Origin: Chrysomallon squamiferum
Lineage: Eukaryota; Animalia; Mollusca
Length of the DNA stretch: 64,000 nucleotides
Assembly: GCA_012295275.1 (NCBI GenBank)
Contig: CM022672.1
Location: forward strand, 32,612,001 to 32,676,000
Reading direction: 5' to 3'
Shown here: positions 25,654-38,765 of the stretch, piece after piece
Position numbering within the stretch: the first letter of the stretch is position 1
How the letters are laid out: each line of letters opens with the position of its first letter
The notes under the pieces: model-generated
The model's input: the letters and a program-made list of their open reading frames with translations, nothing else
Database searches by the model: none
What the model was told of the DNA's origin: nothing
Position numbers and translations under genes: made by a program

Positions 25654-27799
25654 AAATGCCACTGATATTTTATTCATACTGTGTGGACAATATAATGAGA
25701 GGCTTAGTGTTGGTTTCCAAAGCCTGGGGTAATGCACGTGTATTACACTCCCTAACCACCCCCGAGCCCCTAGTGAACCTAAGAATTCTGCGCCTATACA
25801 ACTGCCTATGTGGTTCCGCCCACGTTAAACGCACTTTTGGTTTCGTAAGAATAATGTTTTATATACTATGTGCGTAAGACTAAGAAAATATTTATACACA
25901 TTACTATTGTTATTATTTTTGTATTGTTGTTGTTGTTGTTGAAAAGGACTTAACATATGGCTCATTAGATATCAAACGTAAAAAAATAAAATTAACAAAT
26001 TTATTTTTCTGAAGTATAAACGTAATAATATATAAAAATAGAAAAAATAGTAAGAAGATATTGTTTATGTGGTATAAAAGTAATAACACACACACATACA
26101 TATGGACATACATACATACATTCACACATTACACATACAAGGTGAAAGAATAATCTATAATTAACACTGCTTTGAAGTGGCAATAATTATCTGCAGCTTG
26201 AACTATTTGTTTACGCTCAATCTCTTCAAACAATTGATTTCTTCAAGCAAAGATCGCCAGAGCAGTTTAGCGCAAATAGGGCGGGGATGGTGATATCAGG
26301 GTGAGGCAGAGAAGGGTGAGGAATGTTTGTATAATGGAGAATGTGGAAAATTGATGATAATATTTTAACACAAAAATATATTATTTGTACACTTTTCTTT
26401 TATTCGTCGTATTAGCGTCATTACTCTATCGATATATTAATAACTAAATATTAGAAACTTAACATTAAGTATGTCCTGAACAGAAACAAGTTTGCGTTGT
26501 CTAAAGATAATTTTCAAATAAAAGACAGGTTTACAACACCAGACCTTATACGTATTCTTATACGTTTTACACACACACACGCACACAAACGCACATTATC
26601 AAGGCATTATAAAGATAATGTTGTTATTATACGAAAATGCTATCACTCCGCCACCCCCCCCCCCCAAAAAAAAGAGAAATACATCGTCTTCCTATGAAAA
26701 AAAATGGTTAGATTATCATTTGTCAAACGCATTTTATACTGTATTCTACGAGGAACTGGCAAAGTTGTTAACGGTGTAAGGGAAATAACTCTAATAAGGC
26801 TATGTCGAACACGTGACGGGCACCTTTTTTTTGTCCGCCGTATTTAAAGGTACGTGACAAGTGTAGAGTTTTTCTTGGAAGCAAGGATTAATATTTGATA
26901 TTATCAAGTTATCGTGGACTTTAACAATTAAAAGGGTATGTAGCTTATGGCATGAAACAAGTAGAAAATTAAGAAATAGTGTCAAGTTTTATCAGGTCTG
27001 CTAAGTAATTGTTTTTTCAATACCTCGATTAACTTTACATAGATTTCGCAATTTCACTGTTAGATAAAAAACAAAAAATAAATGTCTCTCACTTCGGAAA
27101 AAAAAGGTTCATCTAGATCAGATGTTTAACTTTGTTTAAAATATTATCAAAATACGACGACTGTCACCGTTTTTTTTAATGTTTACAGTAACTGAGTAAG
27201 TCAAAAATCATCTTGATTTGTTGGTATGAATCAGAAACAAACTGTTACGATTATCATTAATGATTCTGGCTGCCTGTCACTAGACGTAGTAAAAACTGCC
27301 ATTTGATTGGGTATTTTTATTTGTAATAATAATAATAATAATAATAATAATACAGGTGGAGCAGTGTTTCATTGTTATTTTATACTTTTACTGAACATAA
27401 ACATCAAAATTATGAATATAAATGTGTTGTTTATCAGTGTATCAGACACTCAAACATATAGTTATAATACATTTTGATTCCCCCTCTTCCTATTATTTTA
27501 TTATGTAAGTACATTTGTTCTTGATATCTAGACTACCTTTTTCTTTTGCAACTTGATAAATTCCCAATTTTATACAGTTATTTTGCTTTTTGAGACAATA
27601 CTAGAATTTTAATGAATTAAAATCACAGCATTTCATCAATAAAGTTTGAAAAATGGAGGAAAATTACCCTAATTATCAGATAAAATATTGCCATTACTCC
27701 ATTATTTTTCAAAAATTAGTAATTGCTGAGGTATGAAAACCATAAATTTGATTCTGTTTTTAAAATTTATTTATTTATTTATTTTTATGTCAAATAGTT

Positions 27800-28010
27800 A
27801 CCGTAAGTAGCAGAAAGGCAAAGGAGACCACAGAAAAGAACAGGTTGGAGAAACAAAATTAAGTCCAATATAGAGGAGACATCAATAACCTCCAGTGACA
27901 TTGACAGAGACTGCAATGATCAGATGATACTGGAAATGTCCAGTGAAACCATCACTGATTATTTCAGTTACTGCAGGGATGTTTGCTTGAGTGTTGTAGA
28001 GTGTGAAGGT
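27800..28010 (+). mobile_element. Probable Merlin/ISXO2-type transposase N-terminal relic, copy A
   Basis: ...TKLSP... then LEMSSETITDYFSYCRDVCLSVVE, which resembles the Merlin motif ELxISxxTVVDWxNFCREVC; no DDE core follows. Confidence 0.5.
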
Positions 28011-30070
28011 TAGAAATAGAATAGTGAATCTATCTGGTTTGCACTTTAGCAGTCAGTTATGTCATATTTTACTTATTTACCATCTGAGAAACATATTACT
28101 CTAATAGAAACTAATAACTCTGAATTAAATTGTACCACTTGTCAATATTTAATAAATTAACTTTTACATGTGGATGTTGGCCAAGTCACTTGTTTATTCT
28201 ATTAAATATTGACTATATCAGTTATCTACATGTATGTAAATTTGTGTCATAATTACTGGAATAAATGTTAGGTTAATTATAGAAAGAATTTAGAGAGAAA
28301 AAGCTTGCATAGTTAACTGTTAAAGTGCAAATCTTATCTAAGTTGCAGTTCATACCTGGTTACAGTTCACAGCTATTGTGACAAAGATGGATAATCTAGT
28401 ATTTGTCGAACACAAAATCTGATTATCTGTGAACCTATTTTCATTAGCTGCATTTCTTTACATATATTAACTATAGATATTCCATTAATGTATAAATTTA
28501 AACAATATATATAATCTTGAAATTTTCTAATTTATATATATATATATCTACATCTGGAGAGAGAGAGAGAGAAATGACAAATATTAGAGAGGTTTAGCAT
28601 AGACATAATGTATTCATATATCTGATTGTGTATGGACTTTCAGTTTAGCTTCCACGTAGAGCACTAAGTTTGTTTCAAAATAGGTCAAGAATGGGAAGTA
28701 ACTATAGCTCTAGAACTCATAAAAAGCTTTATTTGGATATATGTAGCTTTGGTTTAAACATGAATATAATATACATTGTTTTTGTTGTCAAATGACCAAA
28801 ATCAATTACTGGTTCACCATTGATTTTGAAAGAAAAATGCAAGCAAATTTTATTCAGGTAACTATTCGTAATCTTTTTCATATCAAAGTTATCAAAGATG
28901 CCTTGGAGTGATTTGAATCTGTTTTTTGAAAATTTTGTAACATAAAAGTTATTGTTAATTTTTTTTTGTAGCAGCATAGTAGAAACAAAACTACAGACCG
29001 GCTAGTATTTTTGTTTGCAAACAGATACATTTTTAGTCTATTTCTCAGCAAGAAGCTAAACAATGTCTTAAGGCAAAATAATTGTAATCTCATTCAGCCA
29101 AAGGTACATAAGTCCAACCACAGCTTTTTTGGAGAGAAAGGGATCTATCTTTAGCAATCATTTATGTGAAAACCAAGCAGTAAAATGCAACGATAATTTT
29201 AAAACAATCATGAAAAAGAAGATTAACCCTTTACAGTGTTTTAAAAAATTGCTATAATGATACAGAAATGCACACATGTAAGTACTTCACTATGCATAAA
29301 CATGCACATTTAGGCATGTCCTGTATTAACCTCTCTGTTAAATAAATGTGTATTAATAATTATAATCAGTAAATAAACTGCCTTTAACTGCCAGTATATG
29401 CAACTAATTAAAGTTCTGTTTACAGGGAAATGTGCAATGACAAACATTTAATGACAGTTTCTAAATTGAAAAAGTTACGTTGCATTAATTAGCTACCAAG
29501 ATATGGCCAGTTTACAGCTTCTAAATTTGTACAGCTGTGTGGCTTCACTCTTCACTTTGATTTTGTGGTTTTCACCACATATGCAGGAATCTTGTAGCTA
29601 TGGGTTTAGGGGTTTGAGACAGTTAAAGTAAAAATCCTTGATTTGGGAAGCAATAAACTGGGTGTTCTGTTTGATGAACACAGAGGTAATGGGGAGGTGT
29701 GAGAGAGAACATGAAACTTTGGCCTTGTTTTTATAAGCATTTGGCTGCATGATGTTGTAAGAAACATTTCTCCCTTGTTTTGTTTTTTTCATGTTGTCAT
29801 TAGGCAGTGTAATGTGTATCATTAACAACATATTGTTTAATGCGTGTGTGTTTGTCTTGGGCAATTTCATATGTAAATAAAAATAATTAATATATCCACA
29901 AATGATAATAAGCAGAGAAAAAAGCATTTACCTGACGAATGTAGATGGATATATATCAATCGATCTGCATTTGTCAGATAAATGCATTGTTATAAAAATT
30001 ACTAAACTTTATATTTTACTATTGGTGCTAAATATTTATTTTTACTATTGGTGTTAAATATTTTTTGTAG

Positions 30071-32462
30071 GTCACTGCAGTATTATTCAGCTGCTGTCTA
30101 CAAAGGGAATTTACATCATGGAGAAGGATGAATCAGCTGTTACAGAAACCATTCTCATGCAGGCTGCACCATTCTGAGTTGTGAGTTTAGTTTATTTTAT
30201 TTTTGTGTTGTCAAGAGAAAAATAAGTTTTGTAATAGTTCTTAATTAGTTATGAAATACTGTAATAATAATCAGTTATTTCCTGTTGTTTTGTTGCATTA
30301 CTTGGTAACATACTTTATTAATCACAAAGTATGTCAGAAGTATTAGTTATTTTTTTATAACTGTTTGTTTATTTATTTATTTTTAAACTTTTTTTCAGGG
30401 TGCTTCTACAGCTCTAATTGATGTGCTGATGTTGGCGTATGCCAGTGAATTTGTTTCAGTAGAACATGCTGTTCAAGCCGTCAGGTATGTTGTTGTGTTT
30501 ATTTATTTTTTTATATTATCGTGTTAAATACTAAAATTTGAAATTATTTTTCTAATTAAAATGAGTGTGTTTGGCTCTGTTAAAGATTTTTTTATTTAAT
30601 TTTTTTGATAATATATGGTAAATTAAATTTAAGTTAAAGCTGAGATGTATTTAAAGGCATTCATCCTTCTACTTTGATCACTAAGAAGGAGAAGTATTAT
30701 GATGATTGCAGTTAAATATGTAAATGTATGAATGTATGAGGGAAGGAGAGAGGATGAAGGAATGGCAAGACAGAGAACAGAGAGAGATGGAGAATGAAAT
30801 TTGGGCTGCACATTTTGTATAATTTATCATATAATGTAATGAGAACTCAGACTTTACATTCAACATTTCAAACAAGAAACTTTTAAACTTTCAGACAAAT
30901 TACAACTTGTAACACATCCAGTGAACTTCCATCAGGCACTGAGGACACACTTATTTTCTGGTTAAATAAATTTAATACTGCTGCCATTGCAAAAGAAAAA
31001 AAATCTCAGCAGGTGAATTTGAGTTTTTCTTATATATTTCTCATTATTCTAAAAATAATGAAGTTTAATTTAATTTAATATATGAAGTTGCAGTTTCTAA
31101 ATAATATATCGGTAAGTACACATATACACACATACACACAGACACATGAACACACACACATGCGTATACTTACATTGATAAAAATGCAATTATTTTGTTG
31201 TAAATGTTTGTGAATTTTAAAACAAAGGAATGAGTATTTTAAAGTGTTTAACTTTCCTTTTACATAGGAGACAAGGTACTGTAGTTTCTATTGTCTGCAG
31301 TCTCTCAGTTTTCATGGTTAGTTTAATAAACAATTTTTGTAAATAATAATATGAAAAATGTGGTAACTTTAAAATTTAGCGTATACTAACTTATGAATGT
31401 TTATAAATAGTTTTGAGAGATGTAGTGTTATTGTGTTTTTAATTTTATATTTCATAATCTAAAAAAATGTATAGAAAATCTTTCATGATCTCTCTCTTTC
31501 TCTCTATCCACAGTCATGTATCATCCTCCTTATTTTTTTCCTGTATTATTAGATATTAACTGCCTCATTGTTATTTGTTTTTTCTTCAGATATGTGTTTG
31601 AACGAGGACTTCCTGTGCACACGAGATAGAATACGAGAAACACTCTTAGTCTTTCCTGCAGAGCAGTTCTTCTGGATAGAAATGATAAAACTGACAGAGA
31701 CAGGACAGCTTTTGATTCGTCAGGAAGCAAAAAGTAAGTTTTGTGAGATTTTTTAATTAATCTTTCATTATATTAGTTTATGAAATTTATTATGAGATTT
31801 ATACTATTCAGTTTTAGTGTATATTTAAAGGCATGCTTTTATGTATCTAAATCAATTTTTATTATTTAAAATGGATGATTTCAGGCTTTGAAAGATCTTT
31901 ATACAATGGTCAGTATTTGAGAACGCTATTAATAAAGAAAGTTAATATTAAACAAATTTTTAAATGCTTTATTGTTATTAACTTTTTAAAATACAAAGAA
32001 CTGGTAAAAAACGTGATATAAGTTCTTAAAATATTTCTTCTTTATTTTAGCAGAATTTATATTTATCAATAATCAGGTTATAATGATATGTATTTAAAAG
32101 AGACTGATTTTTTTTTTAATTCAGAATTTAGACTATATTAAAAAAAAAAAATACTTGTCTTTAATTATTCATTATGTCAGACTGTGTATGTGTTTATCAG
32201 TATGTCTGTATGCATGCATGCACATTTGAAATAAAATAGCTGAAATATATTTTTGTCAACAAACTCATCTGTATTTGTAAATGGCATCGATATATATATA
32301 ATAGTAAATAATGTAATTAATAAAAGAAATACAAAATTAAATTATTTTTATTATTTTGCTTCTTCAGGTACATACCACAAAATAGACAAGTGTTGTTACC
32401 TAAACATCGGAATGGGACACACACTGACAGCAGAACAGACAGAGAAATTTATCAAAAAACTG
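30071..32462 (+). pseudogene. CAMSAP-like (pseudo): Partial unprocessed CAMSAP/Patronin pseudogene, copy A (exons 30071-30180, 30399-30484, 30895-31012, 31268-31316, 31590-31733, 32368-32462)
   Basis: Spliced translation GHCSIIQLLSTKGIYIMEKDESAVTETILMQAAPF*V|GASTALIDVLMLAYASEFVSVEHAVQAVR|QITTCNTSSELPSGTEDTLIFWLNK...|FYCLQSLSFHD|...EDFLCTRDRIRETLLVFPAEQFFWIE matches the CAMSAP N-terminal/CH region (GHQSVIQALSRKGIYVME; ELPYDLEDAMVFWINKV; DICLK...AELFWWFE). GT-AG sites are intact. There is a TGA at 30175, internal deletions, and no first exon. Confidence 0.9.
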
Positions 32463-32977
32463 GTATGAGAAACACACTCATTGACTTTTCTGTTTAACAA
32501 TCTGCTTACATTCTTCTCGTTTTTTGTATTGGTAATATATTCTCAATACAGAGTAAGAAAAGCAGATTAGTGCAAGGATAGTCTACAATAATAAGTAAAT
32601 TAATTGTGGTATACAAATAGCAGGATAATTTAGTTCACTTCCATGTTTCCTTATTTCATTTGCATTGTTTCATTTCTTGTTAGTTTATATTTGTAGTAAG
32701 AGTAAAGAATACCAATTCTTGTTTTATTTTCAACTCCAAGAATGCAGTTCACTTTATTTAGTTTTTATTTGAAAGTTTAAGAATTAATTTTGCAATCTTT
32801 TCGTTTTCACTGTAATTTAATGATTCTAAGAATTCAGTATATTTATAATTTAGAAATTTAAAAAAAATATATAATTATATCAGGATAAAACTTCAGTCAT
32901 TAATATATGTTTCTGTCAGAAAGAGAAATATTTGTATATCTACAAAGGTAAACAAATAAAAACTTGGATAAATAAAT

Positions 32978-33237
32978 AAATAGCAGGATAACCTAGTTTA
33001 CTTCCATGTTTCCTTATTTCTATTTGCATTGTTTCATTTCTTGTTAGTTTATATTTGTAGTAAAAGTAATAAAAACCATTTGTTGTTTTGTTTTCAAGTC
33101 CCAGAATGCAGTTCACTTTATTGTGTTTTTTTTTGAAAGTTTAAAAATTAGTTTTGCCATCTCTTAGATTTCACTATAATTTGATGATTGTAAGAATTTA
33201 GCATATTTATAATTTAGAAATTTAAAAAATATATATA
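32978..33237 (+). repeat. Local tandem re-duplication of 32615-32870 running into the gap
   Basis: aaatagcaggataa..ttccatgtttccttattt..agaatgcagttcactttatt is repeated with divergence. Confidence 0.85.
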
Positions 33238-33437
33238 NNNNNNNNNNNNNNNNNNNNNNNNNNNNNNNNNNNNNNNNNNNNNNNNNNNNNNNNNNNNNNN
33301 NNNNNNNNNNNNNNNNNNNNNNNNNNNNNNNNNNNNNNNNNNNNNNNNNNNNNNNNNNNNNNNNNNNNNNNNNNNNNNNNNNNNNNNNNNNNNNNNNNNN
33401 NNNNNNNNNNNNNNNNNNNNNNNNNNNNNNNNNNNNN
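33238..33437. other. Assembly gap (200 N)
   Basis: Run of exactly 200 n; probably a fixed-size scaffolding placeholder. Confidence 1.
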
Positions 33438-33494
33438 TAACATTTTTCAAGTTTTATATCAAAAGTATCTTCAACAAAATATACAATCAAATGA

Positions 33495-33870
33495 ATCCTA
33501 CCCTAATCCTAAAGCCAGCCCTAATACTAAACCCTAATCATCACCCATAGTGAAAGCTTAACCCTTAATGCCAACACTGACCTTAATCCTAATACAACCC
33601 AACCCTAATGCTAGCCTACACCAACTTACAAAACAAACCCCATGTTAACCCTAATCAATACCCTAAACCTAACTCTAATGCTATATCTAGCCCAAATCCC
33701 AACCCAAGGTCTAATACTAACACCAAACCAAATCTGAACCTGAACCTTAACACTAAACATAACCTTAACTCTAATGCAAACACTAACACTCACCAAAACC
33801 AAAATTTAACTCTAACCTTGAACATAATGTTAAGCCTGACCCCAACACTAATCACAGGATAACCCTATTA
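33495..33870. repeat. Degenerate period-6 (CCTAAC/CCCTAA-like) telomere-like tract
   Basis: ccctaatcctaaagccagccctaatactaaaccctaatc...aaccctaatcaataccctaaacctaactctaat; a smaller tract is at ~62370-62480. Confidence 0.7.
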
Positions 33871-34464
33871 TCTGTAATACTATGATAAATTAAGGCTTTC
33901 TTTAAATGTTATTCTAACATATTTTTGAAATTAATGATTTCTTTAAATTTTATGCTAAAAATCAATCTAAAAGAAAAGATAACAAAAACCACTGATTAGC
34001 AAAACACCAACAACAAAATTAATGTACTAAAATGTAAAAAGAGCAAATAGATTATAATTATCAGTAGTACTAGTATTACTATACTACTACTATTACTGTT
34101 AGCACCACCACTAGTACTAAAATTATTGTTATTGCTATTATTAAGCATGAGCCAGTTATATACAAGTCGTGTATTTCTGATGCATCTGTTAAATTCTGAA
34201 AGCAGTTACTTCAGTTATGTTTCCCTGATCAACAATACATATGTAATTATTCTAAGATTAACAAAACTAATATTAGTAGTTATATCTACAATATTGGAAA
34301 TAGAAATAGTAGTAGTAGGAGTAACAGTAGTAGTTTTAGTTCTTAACATTTTAGTAGAAACATTAATAACATAAATAATAGCAATGGTAGTTGTAGTAGC
34401 TATACTAACTGAAGTGTTTTATTTTGATTTGTAACAATATCCGAGGTTTTTATATTCAGTTTGT

Positions 34465-34497
<33 letters not shown>

Positions 34498-34609
34498 GTG
34501 AAGAAGAAGAATAAGAAGCAGAAAAAAAGAAGATATTTATGCTGATGCTGAAGAATTAAAACAATAAAAAAATGGTTTATTGTTACAACTACAAATATAT
34601 AATAAAAAT

Positions 34610-34860
34610 AAGCGACTCACATTTTCACGATTCACTAGGTCAGCACAGTCTCCCAGTATTAAGTAAATTATCTTTAAAGAAAAGCATCACCAAGTAATCG
34701 AAATAAACTAAATTTACATCATATCCATCATCCAGTTATTAGAATAAATAAAAACATAAACCTTCGTGAATTTACAATTGTTCGCCATGTTGCTATTGTT
34801 GTTGTTACTTGTTTAGTGACGTCATTCTAATTACGTAAAATGGCGAAGTTAATCGTCCGA
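34610..34860 (-). promoter_or_regulatory. Paralogous promoter-like cassette: TGACGTCA (34817-34824), TTACGTAA, ATGGCG motifs on both strands, minus-strand donor GTGAGT at ~34620
   Basis: Colinear diverged homology with 18980-19260, continuing as 19430-19680 vs 35015-35240. Confidence 0.4.
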
Positions 34861-35473
34861 TTTATTTATCACCTGAATCATTTACTTATCACTCTGTCTG
34901 GTAATACATTTTAAAAATGTTTAGCCGATTTATTTTCCTAATTTGTCTTTTTATATCTGCGTTACATAACTAAACAATACAATTCTAGACTGTAGGAACT
35001 CGATATTTCATCACGTTCTGCCATTTCCGTAACATATGAAAATACGAAGAATTAATGTGGCCGTATTCGTTTGTGACAAACCGTTCTGTAACCGAAAATT
35101 TAGACTGAATGTTGAGATGGTTTCTGTGAATAAAATCACCATGTTGTAGTTCAGCTATCTATATATAAATATAACAATTGTTCAAAACAGTTCGCGGTTA
35201 CCTACTTTTGTCGTTAACCAGTTTTGGTTGTTGTTATGTGAATATATGTTCAAATGGGAAACTCCTTTTTTCAGATAGCATCTTTATTAGTAGTGTTGTT
35301 GCTATAGAAATAATATGTATTAGTAGAAGAAATAGTAGTTGCAGTAGAAAATAACTTGTATTAACAGTTGTTGTTGTTTTGTTGTTGTTCTTCTTCTTGT
35401 TCTTCTTGTTCTTCTTGATCTTCTTCTTCTTCTTCTTATTATTATTATTAGTAGTAGTAGTAGTAATAGCATC

Positions 35474-35520
<47 letters not shown>

Positions 35521-35537
35521 CAGCAGTAGTATTTCAG

Positions 35538-36376
35538 AGGCTACGTAGAGTCCAGAAGTATTTGTTAACAAAGTTCACTGCTACTGGTTTATGCGAAAAT
35601 CTGTCGCTGTTTCGTGGACAGACGACAAGATAAGATCAGGTGTATACTACTTTGTAGATAATAGTTGTTATTTACCTGTCTTACATCATTAGTGAGCTTT
35701 TCGTTACATATATTAGAAATTTGTGATATTAATCTGTACTATTTTGTTGTTTAGAATTTCCATTTTACTTTCATCATTATTACGTTAGCAGTATTTTCTA
35801 CTTTTGTATTTCACTGTTCTCATACTTCATAAAGTAAACGTTTTTCTCTGAATATTTATAATTTTTTTTTTTTTTTTTCACTTTCAGCTTAGTTTTCATG
35901 AATTTTCTCTTTTACTATGTCTTTCCACATGGCTATTTTTTCAGTCTGTCTCTAAATAAATAAATAAAAATGGAAGAATAAAAGTGCTTTTCAAACTTTC
36001 GTTACATTCATTCGGTTGTCGTTTTCCTCGTTTCTCGTTTTTTAAATATCCTTTCTTCTCTCATTCTCTAAATACCCTTTCTTCTCTCATTCTTAACAAA
36101 ACATTTTAACTTCAGATATTAATTATATCTTACAGCCGACATGCACTGGGTTGGTGGAAATGACATCGACGGTTAAGGTCGTTTCCAAGGGAGTCTTCCT
36201 GTCAACACTTCAAAAGACTTAACTACATTTACTGGAACAGCCATCAGCCGGTTAACGGAGGAGGAAAAGAGAATTGCGTGCATCTAAACTGAATATACAG
36301 ATTAAAGTGGAACGATGAAATCTGCGGAATCCAGAAAGATTTTATCTGTCGAAGAAAAGCGTTTTGTGAGATATAA
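35538..36376 (+). pseudogene. Perlucin-like C-type lectin pseudogene (exons ~35538-35629 and 36136-36376)
   Basis: Exon a: *SPEVFVNKVHCYWFMRKSVAVSWTDDK, with the donor degraded to ataaga. Exon b, after ttacag|: HWVGGNDIDG*GRFQ / LNYIYWNSHQPVNGGGKENCVHLN*IYRLKWNDEICGIQKDFIC (WIG-like, QPx and WND motifs). Stops and a frameshift are present; the middle exon was not found. Confidence 0.88.
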
Positions 36377-37326
36377 AGTAATTTCCGGTCTGACTTTTAT
36401 GTTTGTGTTTTTTTTATTATTTGTACACGATTAGTTGTGTTATATATTAAATAACTAAAACTCTGTTTACTCTTTCATATCTATAACTTGTCTGTTTTCC
36501 GTTGACTGTATTTGTCTGTTTAACTGTACACGTTGAATTATGTTAACTATGTTGATGACGAAGATAATAATTTTAATGATAATGTTATTCCGTTGATGAT
36601 TGGGAACATGATGAAAAGAAAAAAGAAGTATGATGATGATAATGATGATGATTATGATGATAATACTAATAAAATACCAAGTAACAACTGAAAAACCATT
36701 GAGATTGTCCTAACTATTGTACCAAAAATGTGTGTGTGTGTGTGTTTGATACATACACATATACACTACATTGCTGCTGAGCGGTGTTTTAAACATAAGA
36801 CTTTACACGTGGAGGTATTCATATATTTTACAACAGCACACATACAAATCACGTAATGACTACAGTCAGTGCCGTATTAACCTTAGACTTCGAGCTTCTT
36901 TGTACCCGCCCCGCGAATTTCACACTCGTTTTTCTAACATTTATTACAATAACATTACAAATGAAGTAATTAGTAGAGTAATAAAGAAAATAATTTCATC
37001 TTATCAGACAACTTTTAATTATCATGAAAAAAGACAATCCTAAAATACCGGTACTGCACTATAATGTTAAATATAAATCGGTTCTTCTATGTATCTACCT
37101 ACTTAAAATTTTTACTTGTTAGTCTTTTCAACAAACTGATCCAGAATATAGTTTAATGTTCTCTTAGCGTTTCTCGTATCAAACAGTATTCCTATAAATT
37201 CATTTCAGTGACGCGCATGGAACGATTGCGTTATACATAGTGTTAACATTTAGCACTAAACAAAAACAAAACAGATTGCTTGGGTCCCAGGCTTCAGCAA
37301 AGTCAGCCTTAGGGATGTTGTTGTTG

Positions 37327-37388
<62 letters not shown>

Positions 37389-37764
37389 ATGTAAAAGTTA
37401 GTTTTTGACCTGTGTTTCAATGGTTTATTCTTTGTTTAGCTAGTGTTCATGTTTCAGCGCCAAGTCTCATTTCTGGAAGTACGTTGTAAATTTGTCACCA
37501 GTAACATAAGAAGGATAATTATTTTAACAATTATACTTTTTTATGTTTATTTATTTATTTAAATATAATAAGAGAAGACAATACAATAATGAATACTAAT
37601 AAGAAAAGTTGTCTATATATGTGTCTGTGTATATGTGTATATAAAATTTTAGAATATAATACGAGGAAATACAAAAATGACGAAAAAGAAGAAACAAGAC
37701 ATAAGAACAAGAACAAATAAGAACATTAATAAAAAACGGTGTCTGTGTTTGTATATCTGTATGA

Positions 37765-37806
<42 letters not shown>

Positions 37807-38728
37807 GCTTAATTTTCTCTCTTTCAGTTTTTAAAAATGTTTACTGATTATTTATTTCATTATCTTTTTTATTCCTTTTTCTTTCTTTCTTCGATTATTT
37901 TGAGTTATTATTATTATTATTATTATTATTAATTGTTGTTGTTGTTGTTGTTGTTGTTGTCGTCGTTGTTTTTACTGATGATGTTATTTATTTAATTTGT
38001 TGTTCTTGTTCACATGAAAAAATGTTTCTTCTTTCATACTAAAGAATTGTAAAGCGTCAGTTGTTTGTGCAGTGTTTAAGGTGAAATTCACATCAGCAGT
38101 GAGTACTGAGAACTGGATGGGATGGTATGGGGTGGGGGGTGACCTAGTTTATTAATTTTGTTTGAGCGCTGCGACACGACTTGAAGTCGATCGATAAACG
38201 AGTTGTCATGGCAGCGAAACACATTTTATTTTATTTTATTTTCATGTTATTTTTATTTAATTTCATTTCATATATTTATTTCGCTGTTATTATTATGATT
38301 ATTATTATTATTATTATAATTATTATTATAATTATTATTATTTTCGTCGTCATTATCATCATCATCATTATAATTTCTATTGTGATGATGATAATGATTA
38401 CTATTATTTCCCAACCCCCATATTTCTAAACTGACTTTTTACGGTGTATTTATAACGACAATAACAGAAAAATGAACAACCAGTACAGGAACAACATTGA
38501 CGGCAGCATTGATTATAAAGTAACTAAAATAATAATAATAAAGTTGGTCGAAATAATAATGAGAAGAAGAAAAGTAACATTAGTAATAAGGACAACAAGA
38601 TGACGCTAACGATGTCGGCAACAGCAGCAACAACAACAACAACAATAATAACGAAAGAAAGAAAGACATTAAAGAAATATATTAAAAATATTCCAGTGCG
38701 GCAGTCGGTGCCTATCCACCAAAAGGAT

Positions 38729-38765
<37 letters not shown>

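Larger units (their letters stand above)
20303..32966 (+). repeat. Segmental duplication, copy A (~12.7 kb)
   Basis: Near-identical and colinear with 40563-53970, from tcaggtttacatggaaaaattaatc to aaataaaaacttg; differs by SNPs, indels and microsatellite lengths. Confidence 0.97.

Noticed and set aside
29480-29930. ORF 29598..29927, partly conserved at 50588..50821
   Set aside because: Conservation is explained by the recent duplication; there is no recognisable domain or clear splice structure.
30175-30177. Shared in-frame TGA as selenocysteine or readthrough
   Set aside because: Most simply a CGA>TGA transition; other stops, deletions and a lost exon show the gene is a pseudogene.
30071-30484. 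Ankyrin-repeat reading of GHCSIIQLL..KG and GASTALID..LMLA
   Set aside because: Consecutive exons match CAMSAP/Patronin continuously and much better.
33164-33490. ORFs containing long X runs
   Set aside because: Artefacts of reading through the 200-N gap.
36865-37312. Possible hAT-Tip100-like element (CAGTGCCGTATTAACC start)
   Set aside because: The putative right end matches too poorly and no TSD is evident.
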